NCBI GenBank assembly: GCA_963847625.1 | Contig: CAWKAR010000012.1 | Span: forward strand, 1 to 21,044 | Source: a candidate division FCPU426 bacterium | Lineage (GTDB): Bacteria > Oederibacteriota > Muellerivitia > Muellerivitales > Muellerivitaceae | Length of the DNA: 21,044 bases | Direction of reading: 5' to 3' | In this document: positions 17,636 through 21,044 of the stretch, piece after piece | Layout: each line of letters opens with the position of its first letter | Numbering within the stretch: the stretch's first letter is position 1 | Position numbers and translations under genes: made by a program | Notes under the pieces: generated by a model | The model's database searches: none | Told to the model about the DNA's origin: nothing | What the model saw: the letters and a program-made list of their open reading frames with translations, nothing else

Positions 17636-17896
17636 CCGTGCCTATAGGACGCCGACCCGTGCCCACAGGACATCCGGACCATGCTCACAGGACGCCAGTT
17701 CGTGCCTACAGGACTACCGACCCATACCTATAGGACCCTCGGTCCGTACCTACAGGACTCCTGGCCCATGCCTACAGGACTCCCGGTCCGTGCCTACAGG
17801 ACTCCCGGTCCGTGCCTACAGGACTCCCAGCCCATACCTACAGGAGTGCCGGCCGTGCCTACAGGACTGCCGGGCCGTGCCTACAGGACCCCCGGA
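17636..17896. repeat. Tandem array 1: 12 units of 21-22 bp, iteron-like
   Basis: Consensus CCRTGCCTACAGGAC plus 6-7 variable nt (often TCCCGGT); unit lengths 21,22,21,22,22,22,22,22,22,21,22,22. Confidence 0.95.
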
Positions 17897-17952
17897 TGGG
17901 AACCCTTAATTACCAGAGGGTCCGGTCTTAATTGCCGGACGGGAGGCCAGGC

Positions 17953-18125
17953 CTTTCTGACAGGGCTTCCGACAGGGGCTCGGCCTTTCCGGCAGGTTCG
18001 ACGGATTCCTTCCGGCAGGTTTATCGCCTTTCCGGCAGGTTCGTCGGGTTCTTTCCGGCAGGTTTACCGCCTTTCCGGCAGGTTCGTCGGGTTCCTTCCG
18101 GCAGGTTTACCGCCTTTCCGGCAGA
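17953..18125. repeat. Tandem array 2: TTCCGGCAGG cores with alternating 23/20-bp spacing (43-bp higher-order unit x3)
   Basis: Cores start at 17987, 18010, 18030, 18053, 18073, 18096 and 18116, with degenerate cores at 17955 and 17967. Linkers alternate TTCGTCGGGTTCY and TTTAYCGCCT. Confidence 0.95.
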
Positions 18126-18195
18126 TGACACTGGAAAATGTGGGCAGTTTTTCCCCCCTTCCGATGGGTATTACCGGCAAAACGCAAAACTAACT

Positions 18196-18246
18196 GGGGT
18201 CGCCACGCCATCAATCGCGCCGATTGGCGCAAGTGCTCGCGATGAC
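18196..18246 (+). repeat. REP-like half element with an internal hairpin
   Basis: GGGGTCGCCACG-[CAATCG-cgc-CGATTG hairpin]-GCTCGCGATGAC; same architecture as 4131-4167. Confidence 0.5.
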
Positions 18247-18434
18247 AACCAAGAAGTATTTAAAATTGGGATTTGAGGGGGTTCTATAAAAAAAGTGGTA
18301 AATCCAGGAAAAAGATTGCCTGTTTCTGCACAAAAGTTGGGAACCTATGAACATTAAAAAGGATTCATGAAATGAGGGGATATCAGTCATTCACCTGGTA
18401 ACTTTTCGTGGATATTTTTCAGGCTCGGTTCAAA

Positions 18435-20576
18435 TTAGCGTTGGCGCGTGATCTCGATGGCGCAGACCTTGGCGTTCTGGACTTTGGCGACGAACCGGAT
18501 GCGGATGTTTCCCTCGCTGTCGGGACGGTAGCCCTCAAACGACTTCTCGACCCCTCGGTCAAAGCCGTGCGCCTCCTTGAGGATGTCGAAATCCCCCAGG
18601 GCCTTCTTGCCGTTGATCAAAACGTCAAAAACCCGCTCGCCTTGCTTCTTCACGTAGGTTTCCGCGAAACGCAGGCGGATGAGGTATTTCCCCGGGGGCA
18701 CCGGAAAGACGTAGCTGAAATCGGAGCCCCAGCGCTCGGTTTGGAAAAGCTGGCCGTCCCGGGGGGCCTCTATCGGCCGGTCGGTGTTGGCGGTTTCCCC
18801 CCCGACGTAGGCCTGGTCTTCGATCCAATCCTCCCCTTTCGAGTCCTTCAGGGCCTCTCCGCCCGCCCGGACGCGCCAAACTTCCCGCGAGGGCACGGGC
18901 GTGGGCGTGGGCCGCGGCGACAGGCCGATGGCCTGGGGCGCGACGCCTGGCGTCATTTCGAACCAGTTGAAATGGGCCCAAGTCCCGGATTCTTTCCCGG
19001 TTGCCGTGGCGTACAGGCCGATGGCCGTGCCCGTGAAACCCCCCGCCTTCTCCTTGGACAGGTCGGCGGCGGCGGAGGCCGCCAGCGTCTCCCACTTCTT
19101 GCCGTCCCTCGACCAGGCGAACTGGTACTGGCTTTCCTGGCCCGAGAGCTCCAGGAACACCCGGCCGCCCTCGAACGGCCGCCGGGCGACGAAGCCTTCC
19201 TGCTCCTTGACCCGGTTGCGGACGTAAACGCGCGTTTCGCCGTCCCAGCGCCCCACCCCGACCTCGTAATGGTTGTCGTCGTTGGAGCGAACCATCAGGC
19301 CCGCCTCCTCGCCGTCCGCGGCCGGGGTGAACTCCATGAGGCAGCGGGAGGTCACCTTGAAATCGGGTTGCCGCTGGCCCGCGAAGGCGGGGATGTCCTT
19401 CTTGTTGCTGATGGACCCCTTTCCGGCGTGGAGGCTCAGGAACCCCTTCCGCTTCGCGAGGGAAATGTCCCCGGGGTCAATGTTGCGCACGTGGATCCAC
19501 TCCGGGCCCAGCTTCGGCTTGCCGAAATCCCATCTCGGCCCGGGGTTCCGGAATGCATGGGGTTTCAGCTTCGGGGCAGGCATTTCCAAGGCCACATGAT
19601 GGTCGCCATGGACCACGGGCCAGCCGGCCTTCCACTCCACGGGGGCCAGGAACGTCTCGCGCCCCAGGACGGACGTGCCCTCGTGCATCCTCACTCCCAG
19701 GAAAACCATCCACCAGTTTCCGTCCGGGGCCTCCACGAGGTCGGCGTGGCCCGTGCATTGGATGGGGCTCGCGGACTCGTCGCGCTCGGTCAGGATGGGG
19801 TTGTAGGGGCACGCCTCGAAGGGGCCCCAGGGGTTGTCGGAGCGGCCGATCCACTCCATGTGCGACAGGCCCGTCCCGCCCTCGGCCAGCATGAGGTAAT
19901 ACCGTCCCTTGATCTTGTAGAGGTGCGGCCCCTCGTTCCAGGACTCGGAATGGTCGTTGTGGATGGTCTTGGGGCTCGTGACCGCCTTGCAGGTTTTCGG
20001 GTCGAACTCGCATTGCTTGATACCCGCTTTCTCGCCGCCTCCCTGGTTCGTGAAGTAGGCCTTGCCGTCGTCGTCGAAGAACATGGAACCGTCGATGTCT
20101 GGGACATCCATCCAGACCGGTTCCGACCAGGGGCCCGCGGGGTCCTTCGCCTTGACGATGAAGTTCCCGCCACCGCTCACGTTCGTGCAGGTCAGGTAAA
20201 AAGTCCCCTTCCAGTAGCGGATCGTGGGGGCGTAGAGCCCGCCGAAGTCCGTGGCGCCATTCAAAGGCAGTTGGCTGGGGCGGTTAAGCGCGTTGCCGAT
20301 CTGTTCCCAATGCACCAGGTCGCGGCTGTGGTAGATGGGCAGGCCGGGGAAATACTCGAAGGTGGAGTTCACGAGGTAGAAATCGTCCCCCGCCCGGCAA
20401 ATGCTGGGGTCGGGGTGGAAGCCCGTCAGGATTGGATTATGGAAAGTCCCCATGTTTTTTCCTCCAGGTGAATTTGATCCCGCGGACAAGGGCAGCCACA
20501 GCAGAAGGCTCGCCGCGATGAATATGCGTTGGGCCGTTATAAAAACGGCCCTGTTGTCCGGTGTTGGTTTCTTCAT
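18435..20576 (-). CDS. GH43 beta-xylosidase/alpha-arabinofuranosidase with a C-terminal beta-sandwich, Pro/Thr linker and malectin domain
   Basis: NPILTGFHPDPSICR, STFEYFPG, GGLYAPTIRY, IDGSMFFDDDG, EGPHLYK, AEGGT, GHADLV, LGRETFL; GGFTG beta-sandwich; PRPTPTPVP linker; malectin (RVRAGG..LFQTERW..FSY..PGKY.IRLRFAE..GERVFDV.ING..DFDI..NAKVCAIEI). AGGGG RBS before ATG 20576. Confidence 0.93.
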   Translation of the reverse strand: MKKPTPDNRAVFITAQRIFIAASLLLWLPLSAGSNSPGGKNMGTFHNPILTGFHPDPSICRAGDDFYLVNSTFEYFPGLPIYHSRDLVHWEQIGNALNRPSQLPLNGATDFGGLYAPTIRYWKGTFYLTCTNVSGGGNFIVKAKDPAGPWSEPVWMDVPDIDGSMFFDDDGKAYFTNQGGGEKAGIKQCEFDPKTCKAVTSPKTIHNDHSESWNEGPHLYKIKGRYYLMLAEGGTGLSHMEWIGRSDNPWGPFEACPYNPILTERDESASPIQCTGHADLVEAPDGNWWMVFLGVRMHEGTSVLGRETFLAPVEWKAGWPVVHGDHHVALEMPAPKLKPHAFRNPGPRWDFGKPKLGPEWIHVRNIDPGDISLAKRKGFLSLHAGKGSISNKKDIPAFAGQRQPDFKVTSRCLMEFTPAADGEEAGLMVRSNDDNHYEVGVGRWDGETRVYVRNRVKEQEGFVARRPFEGGRVFLELSGQESQYQFAWSRDGKKWETLAASAAADLSKEKAGGFTGTAIGLYATATGKESGTWAHFNWFEMTPGVAPQAIGLSPRPTPTPVPSREVWRVRAGGEALKDSKGEDWIEDQAYVGGETANTDRPIEAPRDGQLFQTERWGSDFSYVFPVPPGKYLIRLRFAETYVKKQGERVFDVLINGKKALGDFDILKEAHGFDRGVEKSFEGYRPDSEGNIRIRFVAKVQNAKVCAIEITRQR

Positions 20577-20681
20577 GTTTCCCCTTACTTTATTCGAATC
20601 AATTCGCTTCGAAGTGGTTCGCAAATAGTACGGTATAGTTCCCCGTTACGAACGATTTTTCGAATAAAAAGATTTATTTCT

Positions 20682-21044
20682 TTATTCATCAGTATTTTCG
20701 TAAAAAACAGAAACTGGTTTTATGCTTGATATATCGATCCGACAAACGATAGTTACTCCATATGAACCTAACACAATATAATTTTTTCCTAAAACTTTAA
20801 ATGTTTGAACAATATAAAGCCTGCTATCATCTCTAACTACTGGCAAAAGTCTCTTTAGATCAAAAAATTTGCCATTAACGCTACACACCGAATCACTAAT
20901 AATTACACTTTGTTCATTAAAAACCCCTCGTCTGTGATATTTCAAAACAGCTTTTGCTGTAATTATTGCAACCTTTTCCTTTTTAAAATTAATCGCTTTA
21001 GCAATTAACCCGTTTCGTGACCAACTAAAAGGTTCTATTGTTGT
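20682..21044 (-). CDS. Partial low-GC hypothetical protein (5' end outside the window)
   Basis: The frame of ORF 20682-20945 stays open to the window edge (TTIEPFSWSRNGLIAKAINFKKEKVAIITAKAVLKYH...); GC is roughly 30% by spot count. Confidence 0.6.
   Translation of the reverse strand, partial: TTIEPFSWSRNGLIAKAINFKKEKVAIITAKAVLKYHRRGVFNEQSVIISDSVCSVNGKFFDLKRLLPVVRDDSRLYIVQTFKVLGKNYIVLGSYGVTIVCRIDISSIKPVSVFYENTDE

Noticed and set aside
17636..18125. CRISPR or TIGR-like guide array interpretation of the tandem repeats
   Set aside because: The variable parts are only 6-13 nt and are related to or identical with each other rather than unique spacers; no cas or tas-like gene is visible.
17475..18276. 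Plus-strand ORFs of 144, 170 and 114 aa across the arrays
   Set aside because: They stay open only because the repeat units rarely contain stops. The peptides cycle through all three frames (RAYRT/CLQD/PTG), as expected for a non-triplet DNA repeat.
18408..20471. 687-aa plus-strand ORF antisense to the GH43 gene
   Set aside because: Shadow ORF expected from strong G/C third-position bias on the coding strand; no recognisable motifs, while the minus strand has a full set of GH43 and malectin motifs.

Overview
A 21-kb bacterial chromosomal window. Most genes are GC-rich (~60%), with AT-rich spacers and a few low-GC inserts. It carries dispersed, mostly secreted plant-polysaccharide enzymes: a CE4/NodB deacetylase with a CIA30/CBM11-like domain, an SGNH esterase, a CE2-like esterase, a GH78 rhamnosidase and a GH43 xylosidase with a malectin domain. 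It also has a SAM methyltransferase, a lipoprotein, a degenerate PilZ-like protein, two class III nucleotide cyclases (one membrane-anchored, one PAS-linked), a large membrane-anchored TPR protein and several hypothetical proteins. The CE4 and GH78 genes are broken by three single-base deletions in or next to homopolymers, probably sequencing errors. No rRNA, tRNA, CRISPR array, transposase or integrase is recognisable. The most unusual features are structural. (1) The 5' end and upstream region of the cyclase gene occur three times as diverged direct repeats, each interval holding a cargo gene, and a second diverged gene-end repeat pair brackets another orphan gene; this suggests an integrase-free gene-accretion hotspot. 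(2) Two adjacent, helically phased iteron-like arrays (12 x 21-22 bp, and an alternating 23/20-bp array) have no Rep or Par gene in the window. (3) A modular multi-hairpin non-coding element at 65-326 has two mutually exclusive pairings. All protein calls come from motif recognition by eye; no database searches were run.
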